A DNA stretch of 64,000 bases from a virus. Its lineage: Duplodnaviria > Caudoviricetes. The DNA lies in IMG/VR virus record IMGVR_UViG_3300033068_001013, positions 1,951-65,950 of that record; one strand, written 5' to 3'. Shown here in pieces: positions 1-8,169 of the stretch; position 1 is the first letter of the stretch, and each line of letters begins with the position of its first letter. The notes beneath the pieces are model-generated. The model worked only from the letters and a program-made list of their open reading frames with translations. It was not told the DNA's origin and made no database searches. The position numbers were made by a program, and so were the translations under genes.

Positions 1-191
1 AGATCCATATACTCTTGTTTCCCATTCTCACCAATCTGCAAGCGAATTCCAGTTCGTGAATCAAAATACACCTTCCACACCGGCCCGACTGTAAGAAGTA
101 CATTCGTTAGATCCACAGTCTTGATCATTTGAACATACTTTCCAACAAGAGCATTCGAAACAATTTTATCCAAAGTCAACGTCTCAGACAT
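1..191 (-). CDS. hypothetical protein, truncated by window edge
   Basis: Manual translation MSETLTLDKIVSNALVGKYVQ... is open to base 1; GGAGG SD at 200-204; overlaps the ThiF stop. Confidence 0.6.
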   Translation of the reverse strand, partial: MSETLTLDKIVSNALVGKYVQMIKTVDLTNVLLTVGPVWKVYFDSRTGIRLQIGENGKQEYMD

Positions 192-768
192 AAACATCAC
201 CTCCAACTCTGAACTGAAAATCGCTCACGCGTTCTCCGTGAACCACATATCTCAACACCGCTTCCGCGCCGACTCCAGCCGCCATATAGCTTTGAGCCAT
301 ATTCGGAATCGCTGAATACCCCCCTCCCGGAGGTCCACTCAACGGCAATCCCCAAGCGACCACAACCACGCCATTGCCGTCATAACTAACTCGCATCAAC
401 TCAGCGCCCATGGCCCGGGCATTCGCCCACATTTCTCGTCGAGGCTCAAGTCCCATATCCGTGCAATCCACAACGAGTGTTTGGTTATCCGCGCCTTCCG
501 TCCCATCCCAGCGACGAGGGATATATTTAACATTCTCCCCGTCACCCATCACAAATTCCAAGTATCCTTCCAACAAATTCAACTTGGTCTCAGTCGGGGA
601 GTAGGACTTAGGCAATCGACGATGACCGTTACCACCTTGAAGAGTATCATCATCCCAAACCTCAATCTGGGTCGTATGAAACTCCCGCGCAAGAGCGGCG
701 ACGAGATGAAATCCAACGCCACCGGCTCCAACAACCAGGATCTTCGTAAAAACTTTCGGTTCCGACAT
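184..768 (-). CDS. ThiF/MoeB/E1-like adenylating enzyme
   Basis: ILVVGAGGVG nucleotide-binding loop, VWDDD, NGHRR, TKL and VVDCTD motifs in canonical E1/ThiF order. Confidence 0.85.
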   Translation of the reverse strand: MSEPKVFTKILVVGAGGVGFHLVAALAREFHTTQIEVWDDDTLQGGNGHRRLPKSYSPTETKLNLLEGYLEFVMGDGENVKYIPRRWDGTEGADNQTLVVDCTDMGLEPRREMWANARAMGAELMRVSYDGNGVVVVAWGLPLSGPPGGGYSAIPNMAQSYMAAGVGAEAVLRYVVHGERVSDFQFRVGGDVYV

Positions 769-770
769 AA

Positions 771-1445
771 TTACCTCCGAGTTACTTTATAGTACTTAAT
801 CCCTCGAATAGATGGGCGTTGGGTGGATGCTAGAGTAAGTAATCCACGATCCCCCTCATATGCAAGAGTCACATACTTCTCCCCCATTACCTCACTGAGG
901 CTAGCTGCGAGCGGAGCAAGTTTTTCGTACATCACTTTTGCTCTCGTAGGATAGATCCAGTTCCCAACCAGATAGTACCTGCCGTGGTTGAATTCCACAT
1001 CGAGCGTAAGATCCCGATGTTTTCTTATCAACTCCGACATGTAGTCTCTTTCGGTTTTAACTCGCGCGATATCCTCATCGGGAGGGGAGATTACAAAAGC
1101 GGGGTCACGAGGGTCCACAATCTTTAGTCGCCTCCAACGTACATCAAACTCTTTCAACACTCTTTCAACGTTGAATAGATCCTCATTACGACTAATGTAA
1201 TATCCCCAAACTTGTTCTTCCGCGCCATCAACCCCTTGCACTATATAACTCCCCGATCCCCAATCAAACATCCGATTGAAGATATATTGCATAGGCACTT
1301 TAGCTGAACTTGACATTCTAAGTCCCATTAGGATCACCTCCTGTGCATCGTGAACATGAATCACCCGTATAAGCGGTCTCGCAATCCAAACATTGTTTCG
1401 CTTCAGCGGGAATGCAGGCTTGGTGGATGTATATCCACTCAACAC
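771..1445 (-). CDS. hypothetical protein (true start probably near 1325)
   Basis: ORF track; lies between the E2-like and E1-like genes with tight coupling. Confidence 0.6.
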   Translation of the reverse strand: MLSGYTSTKPAFPLKRNNVWIARPLIRVIHVHDAQEVILMGLRMSSSAKVPMQYIFNRMFDWGSGSYIVQGVDGAEEQVWGYYISRNEDLFNVERVLKEFDVRWRRLKIVDPRDPAFVISPPDEDIARVKTERDYMSELIRKHRDLTLDVEFNHGRYYLVGNWIYPTRAKVMYEKLAPLAASLSEVMGEKYVTLAYEGDRGLLTLASTQRPSIRGIKYYKVTRR

Positions 1446-2046
1446 CTGGAATATCCATCTTATTCACCCACATATTTTCAAGATAATCCCGTTCCTTGCA
1501 TCCCGCACACAACGCCGTTCGTGCCGCAGTACACGCGCTACAAATCGTACCTCCGGTTCTGGTAACTGTAGTCGAATTAGATCGCACGAGTTGTCTGCAC
1601 AAGTTACACATGACCAGGGGATCATTGGGATTCCTAGAACACCTATGCCCCATTTCAATAACCCACTCTGGAACATTAAAGAACCCATTTCCCGGGTTCA
1701 ATCCCATCGTCAAGGCTTGAATAGCGTCTTCGCTGCTACCCATGCAGATACTGCCCCCATCCCCTACATGGGGATGGCAGCGATGAACCACCACTTGTCT
1801 CGTACCGCTTCCCGTCTCCTCTGCACAATACAGCACCGATTTTCGAGACGTATCCACCACATAAATCCGACTAACCTTGAATCCCTGGGAACAAAAAGGG
1901 CACAAGATTTCTGGCTTATCCAACACCACTATTCCGCGTCGAAGGGACCAAGCATATTCATTTTCGGGTTTTTCCAAATACTCCCGCTTACGTTCCAATA
2001 TCCGAGAGGATAGGGCCCGAAAAGCTCCAAACTGTTCTCTTCCCAT
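1318..2046 (-). CDS. prokaryotic E2-like (UBC-fold) protein with C-terminal Cys-rich Zn-finger repeats
   Basis: HPHVGDGGSICMG matches the E2 HPN(x)nIC signature (Cys codon 1744-1746); CPFC, CNLC, CSAC, CAGC, CLDC and CSRC pairs. Confidence 0.6.
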   Translation of the reverse strand: MGREQFGAFRALSSRILERKREYLEKPENEYAWSLRRGIVVLDKPEILCPFCSQGFKVSRIYVVDTSRKSVLYCAEETGSGTRQVVVHRCHPHVGDGGSICMGSSEDAIQALTMGLNPGNGFFNVPEWVIEMGHRCSRNPNDPLVMCNLCRQLVRSNSTTVTRTGGTICSACTAARTALCAGCKERDYLENMWVNKMDIPGVEWIYIHQACIPAEAKQCLDCETAYTGDSCSRCTGGDPNGT

Positions 2047-2054
2047 ATCTCCCC

Positions 2055-3155
2055 CTATTGACGATAATCAAACACCGTCCAGGACGACCCCGCCACTTCA
2101 ATCTCAGACCCATTCGGAGATCGCCACGTACCCTCAATCAACACAGCCATCTGAGCTCCGTTAATGGCGATCTTGGAAACGGGTCGATCCGTGGTAAACA
2201 ACTTCGACATGGCCCCCAACACAATCCCTGAAAGCATCCGCGCCAAGGCCTTTTCAAACTCTTCCAACACTTCAGGATCACGCGAGAATCCAAACATGTC
2301 CGCGATAGCCATCGTGGTCGAGATTTCAAACTGGCGTGTATCAACGTTGCGTTGTTTGATTCCGACATAGATGACATTACAAGCCTCTGCCTGATTCTCC
2401 CAATAACCGCCACGAACCAGAACCGGTCTCCCGTTCACATACAACACAATCGTGTCAGAAAAATCCCAGTCCAGGTATTCTTCTTTCAATTGCGAAAGTA
2501 TCCAGGCACGAATCTTCGTCAACGCCTCCGGATTCCACTGCGGATTATCGCGCCAATCAAACGTCGCACTTACACTCAAAGGCATACCAATCTCCTGTTC
2601 TTCGTTGTTGGTGAGAGGTGGGTAAAACCTCTCTGGGTTTGCAAAAATTTCTCCAGATCGAATAGTGTCACACACGGGACACGCACGCTGACACAAATCT
2701 CGTGGATCAAAGGTGAATAAATGACGCCTGACCACATTCAGATTTCCGTGTAGCTCCTGCACCAGATCTTGCTCTTGAACTGACTGAATTTGTTCTGGAG
2801 TCAGATTCCAGCGATTCTCTATCGGAAGATATGACTCGTAACGAGGTATCGGAACGGGTGGGTAATGTTCAAATCTCATTTCTTCTAAACTCCTGGGGGT
2901 TGTTCTTGTTGTGAAACTAGGAAGGGTGTAAGAAGCGATAGAGTCATAATAAATCGGATCTGGACTATTTATCATTTCGAACATGGTTCGAGTTGGATCA
3001 CGAAAAGGCGTAGGTGTGGTATAAGCCTCCAACATTTCAGCTACATTAATCCTAGGTATCGCCCGATCTATTTCCTCAAGCTGATTCAAAGCATCTAATA
3101 GTTGGAGATTCATATCTACCTCTCCGTACCTCCTCGGTACTGATCGTAATCCCAA
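2055..3155 (-). CDS. hypothetical protein; possible internal start at 2585
   Basis: ORF track; AGGAG SD 6 nt before the internal ATG (MPLSV...). Confidence 0.6.
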   Translation of the reverse strand: MGLRSVPRRYGEVDMNLQLLDALNQLEEIDRAIPRINVAEMLEAYTTPTPFRDPTRTMFEMINSPDPIYYDSIASYTLPSFTTRTTPRSLEEMRFEHYPPVPIPRYESYLPIENRWNLTPEQIQSVQEQDLVQELHGNLNVVRRHLFTFDPRDLCQRACPVCDTIRSGEIFANPERFYPPLTNNEEQEIGMPLSVSATFDWRDNPQWNPEALTKIRAWILSQLKEEYLDWDFSDTIVLYVNGRPVLVRGGYWENQAEACNVIYVGIKQRNVDTRQFEISTTMAIADMFGFSRDPEVLEEFEKALARMLSGIVLGAMSKLFTTDRPVSKIAINGAQMAVLIEGTWRSPNGSEIEVAGSSWTVFDYRQ

Positions 3156-3442
3156 ATAACCATTCCCTGAGTCTTATCATCCCCCTCGACCCAATCAGTG
3201 CGCAACTCTGGAACCTTAATCTCCAACTCCGCCACATCCATTGCCTCAATATACAATCTATCCACCGGAACATCCGACTGCACACCCTGTTTCCAGCAGA
3301 AACGGTAATGAGCCCTCACAATTTCGTCCACGCGATCTCGAACCTCCTCACGCAATTGTCGATATCTCTCCACAACCTTCTCAGAGATTTTCGTCATTAC
3401 CCCCTCCATGCTGTGTAGGCCACCAGTAATCAATTCCCCCAA
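3116..3442 (-). CDS. hypothetical protein
   Basis: ORF track, operon-like packing. Confidence 0.55.
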   Translation of the reverse strand: MGELITGGLHSMEGVMTKISEKVVERYRQLREEVRDRVDEIVRAHYRFCWKQGVQSDVPVDRLYIEAMDVAELEIKVPELRTDWVEGDDKTQGMVIWDYDQYRGGTER

Positions 3443-3836
3443 CCAACTCTGGCCATTTTACTTGATAATACTCCGGCATTTTCGCAATAAGCGCACGACG
3501 ATGAGACTCTATCAACTTTGGATGATCTCTCCACCAGGGTTTGTTGAACTCACTTTCATCAAGACCTCCATCATGATAAACCTCTTCAAACTCCTCGAAC
3601 AATTTACAAGCCATCCCACGACTCATCGCCTCCTCGCACATCCTAAGTCCATATCCAATCAATCTCCCCCTATACCCTCTCCACATTTGCACGGCCGGAT
3701 GTGTTTGCCATCCATAGCTCTTATACGTCAGAGCTTTATAAATCTGCCACACTTCCACAATCTGCTTATTCAATCTGCGCTGATCCAGCGTCTCCGCTAT
3801 CAGCTTCGCTGAACAGTCCGTTATGAATGTTTGCAC
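3381..3836 (-). CDS. pyrimidine-dimer DNA glycosylase (T4 endonuclease V/MSMEG_6728-like family)
   Basis: MQTF...LDQRRLNKQIVE.WQI...GWQTHPAVQMWRGY family pattern. Confidence 0.8.
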   Translation of the reverse strand: MQTFITDCSAKLIAETLDQRRLNKQIVEVWQIYKALTYKSYGWQTHPAVQMWRGYRGRLIGYGLRMCEEAMSRGMACKLFEEFEEVYHDGGLDESEFNKPWWRDHPKLIESHRRALIAKMPEYYQVKWPELVGGIDYWWPTQHGGGNDENL

Positions 3837-4101
3837 TTCGACTCTCCAAGGATTGTTTCGTGCGTTCCCATTTCAATTGCTCGTTAAGTGCGTTCAGGTA
3901 TTCATGTTGCCAATATGAGACCGAACCTCCGAAGAGGTTTCCATTCCACATATTCTTACAAAAATCCTGTCTCTTTTGCGCAACATCAATTTGATGTTCA
4001 CAGAGTTTGATTAGGTCTTCCATTTTTACTCCCCTCTTTTCGTTTTTCACACCAATGACAAAACTCTCGCCAAGGATTCCAGGTAAAAAATGACTGCGCA
4101 C
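3766..4101 (-). CDS. hypothetical protein
   Basis: ORF track; true start probably at MEDL. Confidence 0.45.
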   Translation of the reverse strand: MRSHFLPGILGESFVIGVKNEKRGVKMEDLIKLCEHQIDVAQKRQDFCKNMWNGNLFGGSVSYWQHEYLNALNEQLKWERTKQSLESRSANIHNGLFSEADSGDAGSAQIE

Positions 4102-4138
4102 ATCGCTTACAATGTTTTTCGATCATTACAACTCTCCC

Positions 4139-4453
4139 TCACTTCTTCTCAAACAAATCCCATTTCAACAAATCTGCCCAACCCATGCCCTCAATCTGAT
4201 CTTCAACCGGGCACTCCACTACGACATAACCTATATGGTGGGTCATTTCACGCGAGGTAAAAAAGGCAGGCTGCGTCGGACAATTGTCGCTGTTACCTCT
4301 TTCCCATAACTCGCGAGCTTTGTCATATCGACGAATAAAATTATTAAGCGTCCAAACCCATCGCTCTGCGGTTTCTTTTGAAGACGTTGCAAGAATGGGA
4401 TCGTCGCTTTCAGACGTATAGCCGGTTACTAAATAAATTTTATCTCCCACCAC
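4139..4453 (-). CDS. hypothetical protein
   Basis: ORF track; typical small phage early gene. Confidence 0.55.
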   Translation of the reverse strand: MVGDKIYLVTGYTSESDDPILATSSKETAERWVWTLNNFIRRYDKARELWERGNSDNCPTQPAFFTSREMTHHIGYVVVECPVEDQIEGMGWADLLKWDLFEKK

Positions 4454-4730
4454 TCACCTCCATCTCTCTTTCTAAATCTTCCATCGGACCTCTCAACATT
4501 CCCAGCGTTAGAGGCTTGCTGTGCCATCGGTCCAACACTATCTGCGCCGCCACGCGCAGCCCATCCCTCTCGGCACGCACATCAATAAGCGCTTGAATAA
4601 GCGCGATCTCCACCGCATTTGCCATCGCACCACCTCCATTCGAATCAATAACATAATACCCACTCTCACGCGGTTCTGCGACAAAGCCTTTAGCCAAGGT
4701 TATCTTATCACTCACCTTACTCCCCCTCAT
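4440..4730 (-). CDS. hypothetical protein
   Basis: ORF track. Confidence 0.5.
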   Translation of the reverse strand: MRGSKVSDKITLAKGFVAEPRESGYYVIDSNGGGAMANAVEIALIQALIDVRAERDGLRVAAQIVLDRWHSKPLTLGMLRGPMEDLEREMEVSGGR

Positions 4731-4926
4731 CCATCAACGGACGATAATTTTCCGCCTCCGGCACCTCCGCTGCTACCAACACTTTGTACAACACCAAATC
4801 CAAACTTTTCGTCTTAGGCTTCAACTCCACACCCCACTCCACCGCACATTCGGCAATATCATTAAAGGTAATATCCGAAGGATCAGTCGGCCTACCCCAT
4901 CGCTTACGAAATTCTTCTTTTGTCAT
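4717..4926 (-). CDS. hypothetical protein
   Basis: ORF track, SD upstream. Confidence 0.55.
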   Translation of the reverse strand: MTKEEFRKRWGRPTDPSDITFNDIAECAVEWGVELKPKTKSLDLVLYKVLVAAEVPEAENYRPLMDEGE

Positions 4927-4927
4927 C

Positions 4928-5185
4928 TCAAACCTCCACAGTTATCTTCGCGTTGTCACTCAAAAAGGTTAAACCCTTAACAGCATCTTCAATATTAAGA
5001 TGCCATCCGTTGTGTGTCACTCCCCCACTTCCCAAGCGAACAGCCGCATTATACAAATTAGTGCGTTCCCCTCGATAAATTCCCATAAGGGAGTACACGA
5101 CTCCATATTTGTTAATCCATAACTGTCCTAACTTGGGCTCCTTCTTAACAGGATAACCCCTCACAACCACGACATGATCCGCCAT
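4928..5185 (-). CDS. hypothetical protein, paralog of 5292..5564
   Basis: Shared GQLW...VY.L...Y.A..L..G pattern and C-terminal V.(L)EV. Confidence 0.6.
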   Translation of the reverse strand: MADHVVVVRGYPVKKEPKLGQLWINKYGVVYSLMGIYRGERTNLYNAAVRLGSGGVTHNGWHLNIEDAVKGLTFLSDNAKITVEV

Positions 5186-5187
5186 GA

Positions 5188-5295
5188 CTATTTCGCCCCC
5201 TTCTTCGCCACCTTTGTTGCCGTTTTAATCGCTCCCGCGCTTCCCCTCACAGCCTTTTTCATCGCTTTAATAAACTTGGATTCTTTCTTTGTCAT
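5188..5295 (-). CDS. 35-aa Lys/Ala-rich basic peptide
   Basis: Manual translation MTKKESKFIKAMKKAVRGSAGAIKTATKVAKKGAK; GGAGG SD; fills the gap between neighbours exactly. Confidence 0.6.
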   Translation of the reverse strand: MTKKESKFIKAMKKAVRGSAGAIKTATKVAKKGAK

Positions 5296-5564
5296 TTCAC
5301 CTCCAACTTGACCACGGTCCCTTTGGGAAGTCTCTTCAGATCCTTAGCACATTCCTCATATCCCTTTGTGCTAATATTCCACGGAAGACCTCCCGATAAT
5401 GAATCAGCAACGTAAAATCGCTTTTTAGATTCCTCAACCCAAAAACTTGACAGGATATAAACCTCTTCTGTAGACGGGTGATACCACAACTGTCCCCGTT
5501 CATACTCACCTTCCATAATTTCAGGAAATTCCACTTTTACCTCAACTCCCATAGTCACCTCCAT
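5292..5564 (-). CDS. hypothetical protein, paralog of 4928..5185
   Basis: See 4928..5185. Confidence 0.6.
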   Translation of the reverse strand: MEVTMGVEVKVEFPEIMEGEYERGQLWYHPSTEEVYILSSFWVEESKKRFYVADSLSGGLPWNISTKGYEECAKDLKRLPKGTVVKLEVK

Positions 5565-5573
5565 TAACCTTTC

Positions 5574-5606
5574 TCTAATCTAAAATCACATCTATACCCC
5601 CCACGG
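5574..5606. repeat. 33-bp intergenic repeat, copy A (copy B at 9867..9899)
   Basis: TCTAATCTAAAATCACATCTATACCCCCCACGG; 28/33 identical to copy B. Confidence 0.75.
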
Positions 5607-5777
5607 GGGATTAAATTAATTAACCCTCACTAACCTCGCCCGAGCTAGGGGGTAAAGACTTGAGATTAGATAAGTTAGTTCTAACCTTGCCCTCACAAAC
5701 GCCAAAACGCCAGCCCACATTTTTCAGTGCAAACTGGCGTCTGACGCACCATTCTCATTTACTACTCTTTCAGCTTC

Positions 5778-5957
5778 TTAACTAAACAACCCTCTCCAAA
5801 CTCTCCGCGCTTCCGCCACTTTCCCTTCCCGTTCTTTCAGCTTCTCTCGCACCAACACTCTCACATCCACCCTTTCCACCGCAGGCACCTCTACCACGGT
5901 AGCCCCGCTCTTTTCCCCCTTTTTCACCAATCTCGGCTTTTGTTGATTGCTCATCAT
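5778..5957 (-). CDS. hypothetical 59-aa basic protein
   Basis: Manual translation MMSNQQKPRLVKKGEKSG...RRVWRGLFS. Confidence 0.5.
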   Translation of the reverse strand: MMSNQQKPRLVKKGEKSGATVVEVPAVERVDVRVLVREKLKEREGKVAEARRVWRGLFS

Positions 5958-5977
5958 ATCCCCCTAAATTGTTGTTA

Positions 5978-6199
5978 CTAAATCTTCATCTTGACTTCAC
6001 TTTCCAAGAACACCGTCCCAGACCCATCAAAATCAATCGACACCACTTCCCCAAAGTATACTCTGGAAAAGTCTTCCCCATCTTCAGGCTCTCGCATAAC
6101 CACCCGTAATTTACCATTTGGATGATTTTGCAATCTCTGAATAATCTCTTCCAAACGTCGAATCAAATCGAGTCCGGTTAATGTATCTGCCATCCCCAC
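5978..6199 (-). CDS. hypothetical protein
   Basis: ORF track. Confidence 0.55.
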   Translation of the reverse strand: MGMADTLTGLDLIRRLEEIIQRLQNHPNGKLRVVMREPEDGEDFSRVYFGEVVSIDFDGSGTVFLESEVKMKI

Positions 6200-6609
6200 C
6201 CCCCTACGGAATCATCATCCACGCCGCCACCGCGAGTGCTCCAATAAGCAAGAACGGTTTCCACAGCGAAAACCATCCATACGTCATCGACCCATAAGTC
6301 ATTCGCAATCCATTTCGATTTTTCATTTCTCATCCACCTTTCTAATTAAATCCCATATTAAAAGCCCACGCACAAGCCCACGAACAAAACCTCTCCAACA
6401 CAACCAACTTCTTCGTCAACCGACAATGAGCGCACATATCAACCATTTCATCGACAGTCATAGCGTCTCCACTAAATCCAAAATCCCGAGACTCCAACAG
6501 GCAGGAGGTGTTTGCCCCGGACGTATTCTAGGATAACTGCACCTTCACAAACAAGTTCACTTGGCACAGCTCCGCGCATATTCGGTCCGAGTCTCGCGCG
6601 ATAACCCAA

Positions 6610-6683
6610 TACCCCCGGCAGGATTCGAACCTGCGACAAGCGGGTTAGAAACCCACTGCTCTATCCAGCTGAGCTACGGAGGC
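6610..6683 (-). tRNA. tRNA-Arg(UCU)
   Basis: Full cloverleaf GCCTCCG/CGGGGGT, D arm GCTC/GAGC, loop TT-TCT-AA, T loop TTCGAAT; no encoded CCA. Confidence 0.93.
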
Positions 6684-6689
6684 TCTTAC

Positions 6690-6938
6690 TTACAGCTCGA
6701 TAAAGTTTCCTTCAAAGAAACTCAAATCAAGCGGCTCAATTGAAATCTCCGTTGATCCGCCCCACTTTCTCATCACCTTATCCCCAAATCCACTCAAGAT
6801 AATCTCTTGAAACCACCATTCCGGATATTCTCCGTTATTTTCTTTCTTCACCTTATCACAAACCAAATTCCACTCACCTTCACTGCAAGTTTGCCCCAAC
6901 ACCTCTTTCACGTCTTCAAGTTTCGTATAATCCATCAC
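6690..6938 (-). CDS. hypothetical protein
   Basis: ORF track. Confidence 0.55.
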   Translation of the reverse strand: MMDYTKLEDVKEVLGQTCSEGEWNLVCDKVKKENNGEYPEWWFQEIILSGFGDKVMRKWGGSTEISIEPLDLSFFEGNFIEL

Positions 6939-7102
6939 GTTCCCCTTTCGTTATCTAACAAAAATACCGCCCCTCCGCAACTCCCGTCACCTTGGGGCGG
7001 CATCAAATCCAAACAAGAGGTTAAATCAACATGAACTTTCGTTCACAACGCGAAAAGGTCAGTAAAAGGGCTTTCGCCCCTCTACTGACCTCCCCGCCCT
7101 CC

Positions 7103-7315
7103 TTACCCCCTCAATCGCTTCAACATCTCCAAATGATGTTTCACTTTCCTTGCCTTCAGATCTTCCAAACTCTCGCCCTTCGCCACTTTCTCTCGATCTT
7201 TCTTTGACAACCCTTCCGGAATACCCTCCTTCTCCGGTTCGTAATCTTCCCAAAACTTCAACCACATTTCCGTCGATTCAATTCCCAACTTCGTCTTGAT
7301 ACGTTGCACTTTCAT
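7103..7315 (-). CDS. hypothetical protein
   Basis: ORF track; preferred over the S/G/R-rich 7059..7265 frame. Confidence 0.5.
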   Translation of the reverse strand: MKVQRIKTKLGIESTEMWLKFWEDYEPEKEGIPEGLSKKDREKVAKGESLEDLKARKVKHHLEMLKRLRG

Positions 7316-7358
7316 AGAGTCAAGCTCCTTGTCACTTTACGTGACCATTCATAACCAT

Positions 7359-7580
7359 TTACTTCTCACTACTCCGAGCAATCTTCTCGAACGCTTCCAT
7401 CACCGCCGCATAGTCAGCACCCCTCCCGGCCTTCTCACACTTCGTCGCGAGATTCAACAGCCCCTTCAGCACATCCGCCTTCCCAAATACCTTCCCATTC
7501 GCTTGCGCAAACGCTCCCATATAAAACACCCCCGCAAGCATCGCGGCAATCGCCGCTCGTTTCAGCCATTTATTCTTCAT
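7359..7580 (-). CDS. small secreted protein
   Basis: MKNKWLKRAAIAAMLAGVFYMGAFA-Q signal-peptide-like N-terminus. Confidence 0.6.
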   Translation of the reverse strand: MKNKWLKRAAIAAMLAGVFYMGAFAQANGKVFGKADVLKGLLNLATKCEKAGRGADYAAVMEAFEKIARSSEK

Positions 7581-7881
7581 TCTTCACCTCCTTAATCGCC
7601 TTATCAGCGACAAACACGAAATCGCCCGTTTCCGTCTTTTCTCTTTTTTCCGCCAACTTCTTCTCCACAGCCTCCTTCGCCCTCGCCAATCGCTTCCGCG
7701 CATCTTTGAACAGGATACCGGTATCCATCGCAATAAACGCATCCGCCATATCGCTCCCCACCGTCTGACAGATTGTCACACCCACAGCCGCGCCATAGGC
7801 GATCCAATCTTTCTCTTCCCTTGTCAACTCTTCATTGTTGTCATTCATTGTCACTCTCCTCTTCCTCCGATACCACACCAC
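7570..7881 (-). CDS. hypothetical protein
   Basis: ORF track; start probably at MNDNN. Confidence 0.55.
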   Translation of the reverse strand: MVWYRRKRRVTMNDNNEELTREEKDWIAYGAAVGVTICQTVGSDMADAFIAMDTGILFKDARKRLARAKEAVEKKLAEKREKTETGDFVFVADKAIKEVKNEE

Positions 7882-8169
7882 CCACCACCAACCCCGCCAG
7901 AGCGAGTGTTAGTCCTTTCAAGAAGGTCCTTCTCTTCATCTTATTTAAACTCCGCTCGCACGCCGTCAATCTTCCACATAAGCCGAATATTGCTCAACAC
8001 CTTCCACGGCTCGTCAGGCCACGACCAGCGAGCAGTATCCGCCCACAACCAATTCTGTTCAAACATTTCCTTTGTCATCTCATACCCCTTTGTTTGTTGA
8101 CACCTTACAACGCCAAAAGGTCAGCCGGGGGAACTTGTCCCCAGACTGACCTTCTAGCACTATCCCAGC

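Noticed and set aside
5618-5633. AATTAACCCTCACTAA, identical to the first 16 nt of the T3 promoter
   Set aside because: It lacks the AGGG start, no single-subunit RNA polymerase is encoded, and there is no vector context. Treated as coincidence.
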